This document shows positions 1 through 13,377 of a stretch of 64,000 bases of DNA, one piece after another. The notes beneath the pieces were generated by a model. That model was not told the origin of the DNA. It was given only the letters and a program-made list of their open reading frames with translations, and ran no database searches. The first letter of the stretch is position 1. Each line of letters opens with the position of its first letter. The position numbers and the translations under genes are program-made. This stretch comes from Octopus vulgaris (taxonomy: Eukaryota), in contig OX597822.1 in NCBI GenBank assembly GCA_951406725.2, positions 112,220,001 through 112,284,000 on the forward strand, written 5' to 3'.

Positions 1-2523
1 TCCTTCTAGGACATTGGGTGCTAGAGTGCTGGGTCCCACTGTATCCATTGACACTGGGGGGGAAAACCCTAATGTTTTCACCTAGTGATCCTTGTCTGTT
101 GAATCATGGATCCGTTGCACTATGAGCTATGCACTATGCTCCTGGTATTGGTGTTTTTCCACCTCTTGGTGCTGTAGTTGCCAAGTCCAAGTTGTCCTTG
201 GCTTACTACTCTGACAGTCTCCTGGTGTTTCCTGTTTGTCCCCACTTCTTTCACAGCTTCCTGGGGTTTTCATTTTCTGCTACATTTTGTTTCATAGTTT
301 AACATCTGTTGATGGGCTCCCTGAATTAAGATAAAATTTGGACTAAGCACAAAATCTATAGTGCATTGAGATATAGTGGAATATATTAAAACTACTAGCA
401 CGAGCCCCGTGCTAGTAGGGTATTAAGAGCACCATCCGTGCGTGATCATTGCCAGAGCGGCTATCTGGCCTCCATGCCGGTGGCACATAAAAAACACCAT
501 TCGAGCATGATCGTTACCAGCATCGCCTTACTGGCACCTGCGCCAGTGGCATGTGTAAAAGATTCGAGCGAGGTCGTTGCCAGTACTGCCTGACTGGCCC
601 CGTGCCAGTAGCACGTAAAAAGCACCCACTACACTCTCGGAGTGGTTGGCGTTAGGAAGGGCATCCAGCTGTAGAAACTCTGCCAGATCAAGATTGAAGC
701 CTGGTGCAGCCGTCTGGTTCGCCAGCCCTCAGTCATACGTCCAACCCATGCTAGCATGGAAAGCGGACGTTAAATGATGATGATGATGATGATGATAATA
801 TTAAAAGTTTTCTGGCTGTGCAATTGATGAGAGGTAAAGGTGAGTGAGTGATGAGTAATAGGGATATAGGTACTGGGAACAAAAGCAAGAAAGATAAAGG
901 TATAAGCAAAAGGGGGCATGATTGATGACAGTGGTATGGATAATAGATAGATATGTAATAGAGATGTGTGATACAAGGGACATGAGAAAGAGTCTTGAGT
1001 GATATGGCTATCACTGAAGGGGTCGATGATGTACACGGACAGTAGGCAGACATGCATGCAATATATATGTGCTCACCAGTACAGGCATAAATCTAGCAAT
1101 ACATACCAGTGTTATCATCATCATCATCGTTTAACGTCCGCTTTCCGTGCTAGCATGGGTTGGACGGTTCGACCGGGGTCTGGGAAGCCAGGAGGCTGCA
1201 CCAGGCCTAGTCTGATCTGGCAGTGTTTCTACAGCTGGATGCCCTTCCTAACGCCAACCACTCCGTGAGTGTAGTGGGTGCTTTTTACGTGCCACCGGCA
1301 CAGGGGCCAGGCGATGTTGGCAACGGCCACAATCGGTTGGTGCTTTTTACGTGCCACCGGCACAGGGGCCAGGTGAGGTTGGCAATGGCCATGATCGGTT
1401 GGTGCTTTTTACGTGCCACCAGCACGGAGGCCAGTTGAGGCGGCGCTGGCAACAGCCACATTCGGATGGTTCTTTTACGTGCTACTGGCACTGACAAATA
1501 TACCAACAATTTTAAAGATCATTTTGTCATGCCTGAGTGGGTAAGTAGATCTTTTCCCACATAGCATACTGCGAGTCATTGGAGCCCCTTGTCTCCCTCA
1601 TGAAGTGTAACAGCACTTGAGATCTGATTTCACTGTTTTGTCCCAAGTTTTCCTCAGTCTCTCTCTTCCACAGATTTCATTTACTTTGAGTGCTTGGCAA
1701 ACCTTTATACAACATTTCCTCCATATGTACCACATACCAATGCAGGCTTCTCTCTTGCACACCACAACTGGCTCTTCTTTGTTTTAGTTTTTCTCTCAGC
1801 TTATTTATGCTCCATCATTCACACACACTTATATTATATCCAGTGATGCATGCTTACCTCATTTCTTTCTAGGGTTGCCAGACCCTTTGCTTTCAAGGTT
1901 CACATCTCATTACAATGTAGCATCACACTTTACACATAATCTTCATAGAATCTTCCTTTTATTCTGAGGGAGAGGTTCCTTTGTTGCCAGTAGAGTTAAT
2001 TGCACACTAAACTTTATCCAACCAGCTCTTGTTCTGGCTATTCTATACTTTCAGAACACCCAACTCCACCATTAATTAGTTCTCCTACATAACAACCTAC
2101 CCCTTACTTCTAGAGAATCACCTGGGTACTGGTGGGAGTCTACATTGCAAGTGCTCTTAGTACTTACTGACTCTGTGCACTGCCACATGTGAAGTTTACC
2201 TTCTCTATTAGCCTGCTTGTGATCTCACTACACCTCTTCTGCACGCACATTTTACACTGGGTGTATCTTTTCAACGTATCAAGCATGGCCATTTTCCTGA
2301 TGAAAGCAGGGTCCTGTCATTACTAGATTCACATTGTGGCTCCTTGATTCCTGATTTTGTCTCCATACTTGGAATTTCTTTCCTAATTCTAGTACAGATT
2401 CAGCTATATGGTTATCAACATTTAGAAGCTCTTATAGGCAGCTGGTCATAAAACTCCTCTACTATGGCTTAGAACTCTATAATCAACAGAAAGGGGATGA
2501 ATTCATTGCTATACTTATCACTA

Positions 2524-2850
2524 GTAGGAGCACTCTGTCGGTTACGATGATGAGGGTCCCAGCTGATATGATCAACGGAACAGCTTCCTTGTGAAATTAA
2601 CGTGCAAGTGACTGAGCAATCCACAGACACGTGTACCCTTAACATAATTCTCAGAGAGATTCAGCGTGACACAGAATGTGACAAGGCTGGCCCTTTTTTG
2701 AAATACAGGTACTACTTCATTTTTGCCAGCTGAGTGGACTGGAGCAACATGAAATAAAGAGTCTTGCTCAAGGACACAACACACTGCCGGGAATTGAACT
2801 CACGACCTTACGATCATGAGCCAAATGCCCCTAACCACTAAGCCATGCAC
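2524..2850 (-). mobile_element. tRNA-derived SINE, head B (CORE-like) + tail X
   Basis: Minus strand has a tRNA head, then tgtgtccttgagcaagac...ccagtccactcagctggcaaaaatg, then the tail shared with 14898. TSD cttatcacta. Confidence 0.85.
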
Positions 2851-4920
2851 CTTATCACTAACCCTTACACTATTGACTACGTTTGTACATGGCCTGTACA
2901 GAGCTTTCACATGCATTTCACCCATTCCAGGCTTCCTCAAAGACTACCAGATCACAATAGGGTACTTTATTAAAGGCGTTCTCTAGATCAACAAAATCCA
3001 GGAATTGGGATTTATTCATGGCTTGATACATCTGCAATTGTTTCACTAGGAAAATGGCATCAGTAGTACTTCTCCCTGGCTCAGAACCAACCTGCATAGC
3101 ATTTGTGTTACCTCTCTCTGTAATCAATTGTGCTCTAACGTTTTCTACAATTTTCATAACTTGTACCGACAATTTAATCTATATATCATCATCATCATCG
3201 TTTAACGTCTGTTTTCCCTGCTAGCATGGGTTGGATGGTTTGACAGGGGATCTGGGAAGCCAGGAGGCTGCACCAGGCTCCAGTCTGATCTGGCAGTGTT
3301 TCTACAGCTGGGTGCCCTTCCTAACGCCAACCACTCCGTGAGTGTAATGGGTGCTTTTTACGTGCCACCGGCACAAGTGCCAGTCAACGCGGCACTGGCA
3401 TCGGTCACATTCGGATGGTGCTTTTCATGTGCCACTGGCACAGGTATCACAACTACAATTTCCATTTAATATTTATTTTGATGTTGATGTACTTGACTCA
3501 ACAGGTCTCCTCAAGCACAGCAGGTCATGTGCACCGGCACAGAAGCCAATATATATACACATACATATATACATCATTGGACCAGCTACCATTTACCTAT
3601 GTTTGTATAACACAAACTTTGCTGATTTCAGATGTATAATATATATGCATGCACGAACACACACACATACATACATGCCGAGAGAGGCTGTGCAGTTTTC
3701 CTTTTGACTTTGTGATGTTTCAGAGGCATACTTCAATGTGACAGTGAAGAAAAGGGTAAGGGCAAGCAGGCAGCCCTGTTTCACTATCCTATTAATGTTG
3801 AACGATTCCTAGGAAGAGTCATCAAACTGAATTATGCCTTTCATATCTGTGTTGCATGACCGAACAGTCCTGAATGATTTCGGAGGTACCCAATTTGGTC
3901 AAGGATTTTGAACAGCCCTCAGTCAAATCGTCCAACCTATGCTAGCATGGAAGGCGGACATTGAACGATGATGATGATGACTGCCAGTCATCCTACAGTA
4001 CCTTGCACACTGCTCAAAATATTTTCCATGGAGTTCAGATGAATGCTCTATTCATCTTCCCATCTGCTTGCCTTTGTCTTTGGTGGTCTCACCTGTTACA
4101 TGTTTTCAGTGGTACTGTCTTGTTCATGGTTATGCTGAGCCCCTCATACACTCCATAAATATCACCTGTGTCAGATGATGATTGTATACCTTTGCAAAGT
4201 TGTAGCCTTGCACTGCATCTAGCTGTTTTCTGGGCCTTGCATTTTGCTGTTCTTAGTGCTTGCCGGGTTGCTTGGGCAGGATACTTTACCTCAATAACAG
4301 TGGGGATAGCCTACTTGAACTTGCTTCAAATTGTTTCTAAGCAGAGATGTTCAATACGTTACTGTGGATGGTGTCTCCGAGAGAGTTCAATCTCATCTAT
4401 TTACCTCTTTCTGGTGGGTCTGCAGGGAAGGCATCCTCCAGTAACCTTCTGAACTCTGTTGCTTTGTTTGGCTGTTGTGCCGTACTAACATCAATGGGTA
4501 TAGCTGCAAAGCAGCAGAGATTTGAACTCAGAGTTCTTCCTCTCTCTTTGATGAACTATTTTCTCAGGTTGATGAGTTCTGGCTATTTGAAGTGCTAGTG
4601 TAGCATGTAGCCTTTTTCATATAGTAGCGCCAATTTGTGGTAGCTGGCAATAGGACGTAATGTTGTATTGCCAAAGAAATATGATTGTTGTTTTTCCATT
4701 GGTTAATATAACTGCTCATAGAGGAATTCTAAGATTTAGTTAAAGAATATTTTTATGTGAATTCCATTCTTTAAAGTCAAGTTGAGCAGTTATAAAAACC
4801 CTGGATTTTGGGAAAAACTTTAGTGTTTGTGGGATGTAACTAAACTCCACGACACTCACTCCTTTGAGACATTGTTTATTTTTTATGCCATGTCCATGAA
4901 AAATCCAACACTAGCTTTAA

Positions 4921-5960
4921 CCCTTTCGTTACCAAACCGCCCAAAGCCGCCCGAATTTACCTATTCATATTTAAATGAGAATATCAGAGCAAATCTCTTT
5001 AGTACATTTGTGAAAACACGTGATTATGCTTCGTAAACAGTTCATCTACAGTTTTGTACAACGATCGACGTGTAATTTTAATTCCCTGAATTTTGGGACA
5101 TTTTTTTCGGCATCGATTTTTCTTCAACTTTGAAAATGGATAGGAGTTTCATGTTATCAAGCATTGATTCTGAATTGGAAAATTTGTGAAACAAATACTG
5201 GGTACTGTTGTGGATTTAGTTTTTATACAGGGAAACTAATGTTAGTCAGCATGGCTTAGGGTATGATGTGGTCTGGAAGTTATTGTTTGAAGCGATCAAT
5301 GCGGAAACAAACACAAAATGGGGGTTCAAATTTCGGAAAATTTGTGAAGCAAATACTGGGTACTGCGTGGATTTAGTTTTTATACAGGGAAAATAATGTT
5401 AGTCAGCATGGCCTAGGGAACGATGTGGTCTGGAATTTATCACTTCCATACCATAACCAGGGCCGTATATTATTTTTTGACCGATTTCTTTAGTTCGGTC
5501 AAACTTACGGTGGATTCCAATGTTTTAGTTTATTCCACCTTTATGGTACACCTGTTGTGCATTAAATTCAACTGATGATATAGTGATGTGCACAATTCTT
5601 CTTTATCAAAATTTTGTTGCATACCCATCTGAATATTAGCTGATGATTCATTTTCTGTGTTGATGTTTAAACAAAATTTTAATATTTTTACCTTTTGCTC
5701 AATTTAAAATTTTAATATTTTTACCTTTTGCTCAATTTACCTGGATTTACCTGTAATTAAAGTCACTTTGAGACAAAAGTTATGCAATAGAATTGATTAA
5801 GAACCCTTTCTTTAATTATGTTCCAAATATCACATTAAAATGTTGATAAGTAAAAAAGTTACAGTTATTAAATGAAACAAGCCTAGATTCATGATTATTT
5901 TAGAATTTAATTGAAACTCATGAGGGGTGTATTTTGGTCAGAAATATAGTAACGAAAGGG
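4921..5960 (+). mobile_element. Internally deleted piggyBac element with transposase remnant
   Basis: TTAA TSD on both sides and TIR CCCTTTCGTTAC...GTAACGAAAGGG. Frameshifted KWGFKFRKICEANTGYC.GFSFYTG...GLGNDVVWNL...GRILFFDRF is the piggyBac DDD core, partly duplicated (5178 and 5335). Confidence 0.88.
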
Positions 5961-6201
5961 TTAAGGTACCAGCACCCACCTTTAACCCTTCTCTTGTTAC
6001 ATGCAGTTCTGCTAGACTTAGAGGCTAAGTTGTATGAAAAAACTAGGATTGGACTTGGTTGTTAGAAGCTATTTCAGATGCTTATCACAAGAAACATTTC
6101 TTAGTAATGGAAACTTACCCTCTTCACTATCACTCCTTGACTTAACTGCCTTAGGAATGCCTATCTATACATAGATACTTACATTACACATAAATACATA
6201 C

Positions 6202-6268
<67 letters not shown>

Positions 6269-6284
6269 TATACACACGTATATA

Positions 6285-6321
<37 letters not shown>

Positions 6322-6624
6322 TGGACTGACTCCTGTGCAGGTGGCATGTAAAATACACCATTTTCGAGTGTTGCCGTTGCCAGTACCGCCAGACTGGTTC
6401 TCGTGCCGGTGGCACTTTAAAAGCACCTACTACACTCTTGGAGTGGTTGGCATTAGGAAGGGCATCCAGCTGTAGAAACTCTGCCAGATTAAGATTGGAG
6501 CCTGGTGCAGCCATCTGGTTTTTCCAGTCCTCAGTCAAATCGTCCAACTCATGCTGGCATGGAAAGCGGACATTAAACAATGACGATGATCATGATGCTG
6601 ATATATATATATATATATCAGTTA

Positions 6625-6890
6625 AGACACATGGCCTAGTGGTTAGTCTGTTGCACTCATGATTGCCAGGTCATGGGTTCGATTCTCAAGCTGGGCAGTG
6701 CATTGTATTCTTCAGCAAAGCGCTTCATTTCACATTGCTTCAGTCCTCCTGCCTTTTGATCAGGGTGGGAGGATGTTGGCCTGCTTGCCTAGCCAGCAGG
6801 GTGGCGTGATTTGAAGGCTAAAGCAATGCATAGTATATTGTGGCCAGCAATGTGCAACAGCATTTGATAATCTGGTGGGTCACGTAATCA
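6625..6890 (+). mobile_element. tRNA-derived SINE, head B + a third tail (Z), older
   Basis: tggcctagtggttag...ggttcgattc, CORE-like centre, tail ggcctgcttgcctagccagcagggtggc. Tail Z also occurs reversed at about 18505-18590. Confidence 0.65.
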
Positions 6891-7159
6891 TACGATACAC
6901 ACACACACACAAGAAATTCCAGGTATAGAAACAAAACTTGGAATCAATGGGCCTTAAAGTTAACCTAGCAAAGACCAAAGTTGTTGTTAGTAAGAAAGAA
7001 GACAAAATTCTTTTTTCCGTCAGGTAAATGGCCCTGCTCAATATGTAAGAAAGGAGTTGGAAGAAATTCCTTTCACTGCACCCAGTGTAAACTATGGACG
7101 CATAAGAAATGCAGTGCTTTTTACATGCCACCAGTACAGGTGGCATGTCTTTGTACCAT

Positions 7160-7760
7160 GTACCATGTCTTAACTTGAGTCAACAGGTCTTCGCAAGTGC
7201 AGTTTATTGCCCAATGATTGAAGGGTACTCTTAAATGGATCAGTTATGCTGCACTGGCATGGGCCATGGTTATGGTCTCACTTGGCTTGCAGGGTCTTCT
7301 CAAGCACAGTATATCTCCGAAGGTCTCGGTCACCTCCGTGAGGCCCATTGTTCCAAGGTTGTGTTTCACCACCTCATCCCAGGTCTTCCTGGGTCTACCT
7401 CTTCCACAGGTTCCCTCTACTGCTAGGGTGTGATACTTTTTCACACAGCTGTCCTCATCCATATGCAACACATGACCATACCAGCACAATTGTTTCTCTT
7501 GCACACCATCTGATGCTTCTTATGTCCATCTTTTCTCTCAGGGTGCTTACACTCTGTCGTGTACACATCCATCAGAGCATACTGGCTTCATTCCTTGCGA
7601 GCTTACGCATGTCCTCAGCAGTCACAGCCCATGTTTTACTGCCATGTAGCATGGCTGTTCGCACACATGCATCATACAGTTTTACTACCTTTTACTCTGA
7701 GTGAGAGGCCCTTTGTCACCAGCAGAGGTAGGAGCTCTCTGAACTTTGCCCAGGCTATTC
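7160..7760 (-). mobile_element. RTE-clade LINE ORF C-terminal fragment
   Basis: QEKQLCWYGHVLHMDEDSCVKK...GTCGRGRPRKTWDEVVKHNL. Related decayed pieces at about 1500-2520(-), 2860-3180(-; GRSTTDAIFLVKQLQ..FVDLENAFNKVP), 6910-7110(+), 32510-32910(+) and 39240-39460(-). Confidence 0.85.
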
Positions 7761-9023
7761 TTATACCACAACAAACCAAACTACATCTCTATATCTCATC
7801 TCTTCCTTGCATTTCCACTTCATGCACCATGCTTACCTCCCACTCCCCAATTTTGTCCTCTTGGCCCTTTCTCACTGCGTCATATCATTGCTGTCAGCAA
7901 GCCCTCGACCTGTTTGTTCCATCTACATGCCCTGTCTTACTGTATCATTGCTATCCACTAGCCCCCAACCTGTGTGTTCCACCCACATATAACAAAACTT
8001 TTCACACACCCTACCCCAACAAACCAATCTACATCCCTTTATTTCTTCTCTTCCTCACATTTCCTCCTTCATACACTCTGCTTACCTTTCACTCCCCAAT
8101 CCTTTCCTCATGGCTCTGTTTCTCTGTATCATTGTTATCCGGTAGCCCACCCCATTCTGTATATACCCAGGTTTTCACCACTTACTTCCCCACTCCTCTA
8201 CACTCTCTAATCCTGCTTCTTTCGCAATATCCTGCCACTTATATTATGACCTTTGAACCTCAAGGGTATGCCCTGGCACTTACCACCATTTATATCACTC
8301 TCTTCTTTTACTCAACCATCCCATTTATATTCTGATCTCTGTCCTTGTGAGTTTGCCCGGCACTTTACCACCAATGCTATCCTGCTGTCTCCCACTCTCT
8401 TTCTCTCGCATTTCTCTCAGGTTGGGTAACCGTGTATCTTCTTTGCGGCAGCACACCTGTTTCTGTCTTCATTCTTGATCTCCCTCTCTCTCTCTCTCAT
8501 TCTCTCTCTGGCCAGGTAACCTTGTACCTCCTCTACTGCAAGACACCTGTTTCTGTCTCTCTGTCTCACTATAATCATTCACCATTTGACGCAAGACCAC
8601 CTCCTCCAATACCCTCGCCCCTCGCAAAATATTTTGTCTTGCAAAAGTTACTTGGTGACCCTGTCAGTGGAGGTTCCACTTAAAATGCGTCCAGTCCACA
8701 CTGCAAAGTGGTTGGCATTCGGAAGGGCATCCAGCTGTAAAAACCTTGCCAAAACTGATCTTGCCTGTACTTGTACCATGTAAAAAGTACTAAGTCCACT
8801 CTGCCGAGTGGTTGGTGTTAGGAAGGGCATCCAACCATAAAACCCCTGCCAAAACAGTTAGAGAAGTCTGGTGCAGGCTTCTGCCAGGTCAGCTCCTGTC
8901 AAACCATCCCACCCATGCCAGCATGGAAGGCAGATGTTTGATGATACACGCATGCACACACACATACACGTGTGTATATATTTGTTAATTAAGCCCTAAG
9001 GTAGCATGTTTCTGGATAAATAG

Positions 9024-9185
9024 GCATAGGAGTGGCTGTGTGGTAAGTAGCTTGCTTACCAACCACATGGTTCCGGGTCCAGTCCCATTGCATGGCACCT
9101 TGGGCAAGTGTCTTCTACTATAGCCTCGGGCCGACCAAAGCCTTGTGAGTGGATTTGGTAGATGGAAACTGAAAGAAGTCCGTCG

Positions 9186-9234
<49 letters not shown>

Positions 9235-9460
9235 CATATGTTTGTGTGTCTGTGTTTGTCCCCCACCACCACCAACATCGCTTGACAACTGATGCTGGTG
9301 TGTTTACGTCTCCGTAACTTAGTGGTTCGGCAAAAGAGACTGATAGAATAAGTACTAGGCTTACAAAGAATAAGTCCTGGGGCTGATTTGCTTGACTAAA
9401 GGCGGTGCTCCAGCATGGCCACAGTCAAATGACTGAAACAAGTAAAAGAATAAAAGAATA
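9024..9460 (+). mobile_element. tRNA-derived SINE with internal (TA)n(TG)n tract
   Basis: ggagtggctgtgtggtaag head, caccttgggcaagtgtcttc CORE-like block, (TAAAAGAA) tail. 3' fragments at about 9617-9760 and 17695-17830, 5' fragment at about 25155-25310. Confidence 0.88.
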
Positions 9461-9834
9461 TATTCAGATGATAAAATAGGGAGTTACTTAAATTATTATC
9501 TTAAAAAAATCTTAAGTCATGCTCACTGCAAATATTTCATTAAACCAGTTATGAAAAACTATTAGAACTTTTAAGAAAGTTGTCTTGTGATATGTCTCAT
9601 CTTTTAATTCTCAACTTAGCCATTCGGCAAAAGAGACCGATAGAATAAGTACTAGGCTTATAAAGATTAAGTCCTGGGGTTTATTTGCTTGACTAAAGGC
9701 TGTGCTCCAGCATGGCCACAGTCAAATGACTGAAACTAGTAAAAGAGTAAAGAGTAAATAAATGTGCAGCATTGGTTGAAGGAGCTTAACCAGGTTCACC
9801 TCATTCCCAACTCCTCAAGAATTCTAAGTGATAG

Positions 9835-9988
9835 TGTCGTTTCGGTGTTCATCTAGTGTTGTTTCAGTGTTCATCTAGTGTTGTTTCGGTGTTCATCTAG
9901 TGTTGTTTCAGTGTTCATCTAGTGTTGTTTCAGTGTTCATCTAGTGTTGTTTCAGTGTTCATCTAGTGTTGTTTCGGTGTTCATCTAG
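9835..9988. repeat. 22-bp minisatellite, 7 copies
   Basis: Unit tgttgtttc(a/g)gtgttcatctag. Confidence 0.95.
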
Positions 9989-10463
9989 TGTTGTTTGTTA
10001 CTGTCCTGCCTTACTGCGTCGTGTCTTTCAATAATTTATTTCAACTGTCTGTTGATCTAGTTCATATTGAAGTAAATAGTTGTTATTGGAGCACTGTGTA
10101 AGTTTTGACATTGAAAGCATCCGTTATACATTTTACATTAACAGAAGTATTTACAAAGAATGCAGTTATAGTCATTTGCATAGTTTGTTACCCGTACATG
10201 TTTGATTACATCTCTTATATTTTATAAACCTGGTATTTTGATAATCTCCACTACTATGCCAGAGTGATCTTGTCATTGCTATTTTTAGCTCTGTTTTGTA
10301 CCTCACTGACCATTCCCTGTATCATGTTTATTACAGACAATCGTTGACCTCTAGGACATTAGGGTGTGCTTTGTATGATTAACAATTGTTTTGTTAATTT
10401 GCAGTGCTGTATTTAAGTCCTCTGTTGGAAACTCTTGAAGTTCCCAACAAAGAACAGCTTTAA

Positions 10464-10684
10464 CCCTTTAGTGTTTAAACCGGCCAAATCCGGCCCAATA
10501 TATTCTACATGTTTTATAGTCAAACTGGCGATATCTAGCCTCTCACTCCTAACCTACAATGCCATTCTGAAAATAAACAATCACATCATTGAAACCTCAA
10601 AGCTATAAGATAATGCATGATTAATTCAAAACAATTTGAGTGAAAAAGTATTACATTTAACCGAGTATTCTGAACACTAAAGGG
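10464..10684. mobile_element. piggyBac-type MITE (TTAA TSD)
   Basis: TTAA-CCCTTTAGTGTT...AACACTAAAGGG-TTAA. Confidence 0.85.
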
Positions 10685-10879
10685 TTAAGTTACTCTTCTC
10701 AAGAGATCCTGAAAGTTATAGAAATCACCCATCATTCATTCTCTCCACAATATTCGGGACTCAGATTGTACGTACTTGTGCTGCAGTTAGTCATTTCAAG
10801 TACCTAATCTATCTACAGCTGATACGGTTTAACATTAGCAAGGTTGTTAATATCTGCTTAAGATTAGTTTATTTAGAGT

Positions 10880-11610
10880 TGTAGCCAGTACCGGCCGTAG
10901 CCAGTACCGCATAGACTGGCCTCCGTGCTTTGGGACGTAACAAACACCATCCGATCGTGGCCATCCGCCAGCCTCATCTGGCACCTGTGTCGGTGGCACA
11001 TAAAAACACCATCCGAGCGTGGCCGTCTGCCAGCCTCGTCTGGCACCTGTGTCGGTGGCACATAAAAAACACCATCCGAGCGTGGCCGTCTGCCAGCCTC
11101 GTCTGGCACCTGTGTCGGTGGCACATAAAAAACACCATCCGAGCGTGGCCGTCTGCCAGCCTCGTCTGGCACCTGTGTCGGTGGCACATAAAAACACCAT
11201 CCGAGCGTGGCCGTTCGCCAGCCTCGTCTGGCACCTGTGTCGGTGGCACATAAAAACACCATCCGAGCGTGGCCGTTCGCCAGCCTCGTCTGGCACCTGT
11301 GTCGGTGGCACATAAAAACACCATCCGAGCGTGGCCGTTCGCCAGCCTCGTCTGGCACCTGTGTCGGTGGCACATAAAAACACCATCCGAGCGTGGCCGT
11401 TCGCCAGCCTCGTCTGGCACCTGTGTCGGTGGCACATAAAATCACCCACTACACTCTCGGAGTGGTTGGCGTTAGGAAGGGCATCCAGCTGTAGAAACAC
11501 TGCCAGATCTGACTGGCCTGGTGCAGCCTTCGGGCTCCCCAGACCCCAGTTGAACCGTCCAACCCATGCTAGCATGGAAAGCGGACGTTAAATGATGATG
11601 ATGATGATGA
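10880..11610 (+). mobile_element. (GAT)n-tailed repeat copy with an internal 8 x about 61-bp tandem array
   Basis: Unit caccatccgagcgtggccgttcgccagcctcgtctggcacctgtgtcggtggcacataaaaa repeated over about 10945-11440. Confidence 0.92.
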
Positions 11611-11965
11611 TCTAATATGTAGCTACCTGCCTGTATCACTATCTTAACTGCCCCGCCCCCCACACACACACACCTTTCTTCTCTTTGCCATTTCATCCTT
11701 TCCTTTTTATTTCACTCAATGTTCTTGCATTTTTTTTTTCTGTTTATTCTTTTGCTTATTTTTCATCTTCTCTTTGTCTTTTTCTTTTCCATTCTCTTTA
11801 CTCACACTCTATTCATCTTGTTCTTTATACATGACTGTTGAAAAAACAGAACTCTGCCCATTTGTTATAAAGTGTCCTGTTATGAATCATTTCTGTGCAG
11901 TTGGTGACTGATTTGTCTATAAGTTCTAAACTTAGTTGAACTATTTGATTATACTATTTAGTTAA

Positions 11966-12186
11966 CCCTTTCATTACCAACCTGGCTGAAACCGGCTCTG
12001 GCTCTGAGTACAAATGGCTTGTTTTCATAAGTTTTGAATTAAAATCTTCCACCAAATCTTAGTCACAATTTATGCTCCTAACACTAGCTGAATGATAACT
12101 TAAGTTATTTTACTAAATTGTTTGTTATATTTAAAATAATTGAAAGAAGCACAGAGCATCTCAAAATAAATAGAGTAATGAAAGGG
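11966..12186. mobile_element. piggyBac-type MITE (TTAA TSD), second family
   Basis: TTAA-CCCTTTCATTAC...GTAATGAAAGGG-TTAA. The TIR is related to the 4921 element. Confidence 0.85.
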
Positions 12187-12616
12187 TTAAGTTCCCTTAC
12201 TTTTCTTGGTCTGTGTGACTGAGTAATGTATAATTATTGTCATTTTAGCTGTCTGAACTTTTCCTGACCTTTCCTTAACTCAGTTACACAGACAGGAACA
12301 AAATTTTTATCAAACATAAATCTCAAAAAGGGATTGTGACAATAAGTAAAAGCTGATTGACTCAATATGTTTTGTCATTGATACCATACCATATTTCTGG
12401 AATAAGATAAACAACATAAACTGGCCCAGTACATCAGAGTGACTCAAAAACATGTCAGGCAATGACTCAGCTCTCTACTATTAGCAATAGTGATACTTTA
12501 TACATGAAAAAAAAATCTTCCATTAATTTATAGACTCAGCTCAGCTATTCCTGTTTCCTATAGCACCAATGAAAAGCATCGTATCAGTAGTTCTGGTGTC
12601 CAAAACATGTCAATAA

Positions 12617-12887
12617 CATCATCATCATCATCATCATTTAACGTCCGCTTTCCATGCTAGCATGGGTTGGACGGTTCAACTGGGGTCTGGGGAGCCCGAA
12701 AGCTGCACCAGTCCAGTCAGATCTGGCAGTGTTTCTACAGCTGGATGCCCTTCCTAACGCCAACCACTCCGAGAGTGTAGTGGGTTATTTTATGTGCCAC
12801 CGACACAGGTACCAGACGAGGCTGGCAAACGGCCACGCTCGGATGGTGTTTTTTATGTGCCACCGACACAGGTGCCAGACGAGGCCT
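12617..12887 (-). mobile_element. Near-identical inverted copy of the 3' part of 10880-11610
   Basis: Reverse-complement match, also visible as twin ORFs MLAWVGRFNWGLGSPKAAP on opposite strands. Confidence 0.9.
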
Positions 12888-13377
12888 GGGGGTCTGTCAG
12901 TCAAACCTTTTAGCTACCACTAAAGCTACTAGCAATTAATGCAGTTTTTACTATTTATAAACAAGACATGTGTAAAATATTCACATTACCCAAGAATTGG
13001 TGGATTAAGTCAGTGTCAGTTTCTTCAATTGTATGAAACAAAACCAATTGCTTTGAGTTTATTTCTATCCTGGAATCCCTGAGCCATTGCAGTCACCAGG
13101 GGAGGGGATTGGAAGGGGATGAAATCTGTGGTAAGAAGGTGGAAGTGTGTGTGTTGGGAGGTGTAGATTAAAAAGTATGTGTACATTAAGAAGTGTGTGT
13201 GTTGGGAGAAGAAGTGTACATTAAAAAAACTGAACTGATAGCAGTTGTTAACTGGTTTCTGTTAATTCTAATATGACTTTATAAAAGCATCCTGTGTATT
13301 TATTTAATCAAGCCTACTTTATTAGCTTTATTTTCTGTTTTTCATCAGATATATCTTTTATCTGCTTTTATACAGTA

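Noticed and set aside
1-330. Minus-strand exon of a neighbouring gene (acceptor-like site near 321)
   Set aside because: All three frames hit stops soon after the site and no recognisable protein emerges. Truncated by the window edge.
7559-8335. 258-aa ORF as a gene
   Set aside because: It is antisense to an RTE fragment and then runs through pyrimidine-rich low-complexity repeat sequence.
9835-9988. 22-bp repeats as a CRISPR array
   Set aside because: Units are directly adjacent with no unique spacers, there are no cas genes, and the context is eukaryotic.
10847-11575. Long repetitive ORFs on both strands
   Set aside because: By-products of the 61-bp tandem array inside a retroposon, with no splice or homology support.
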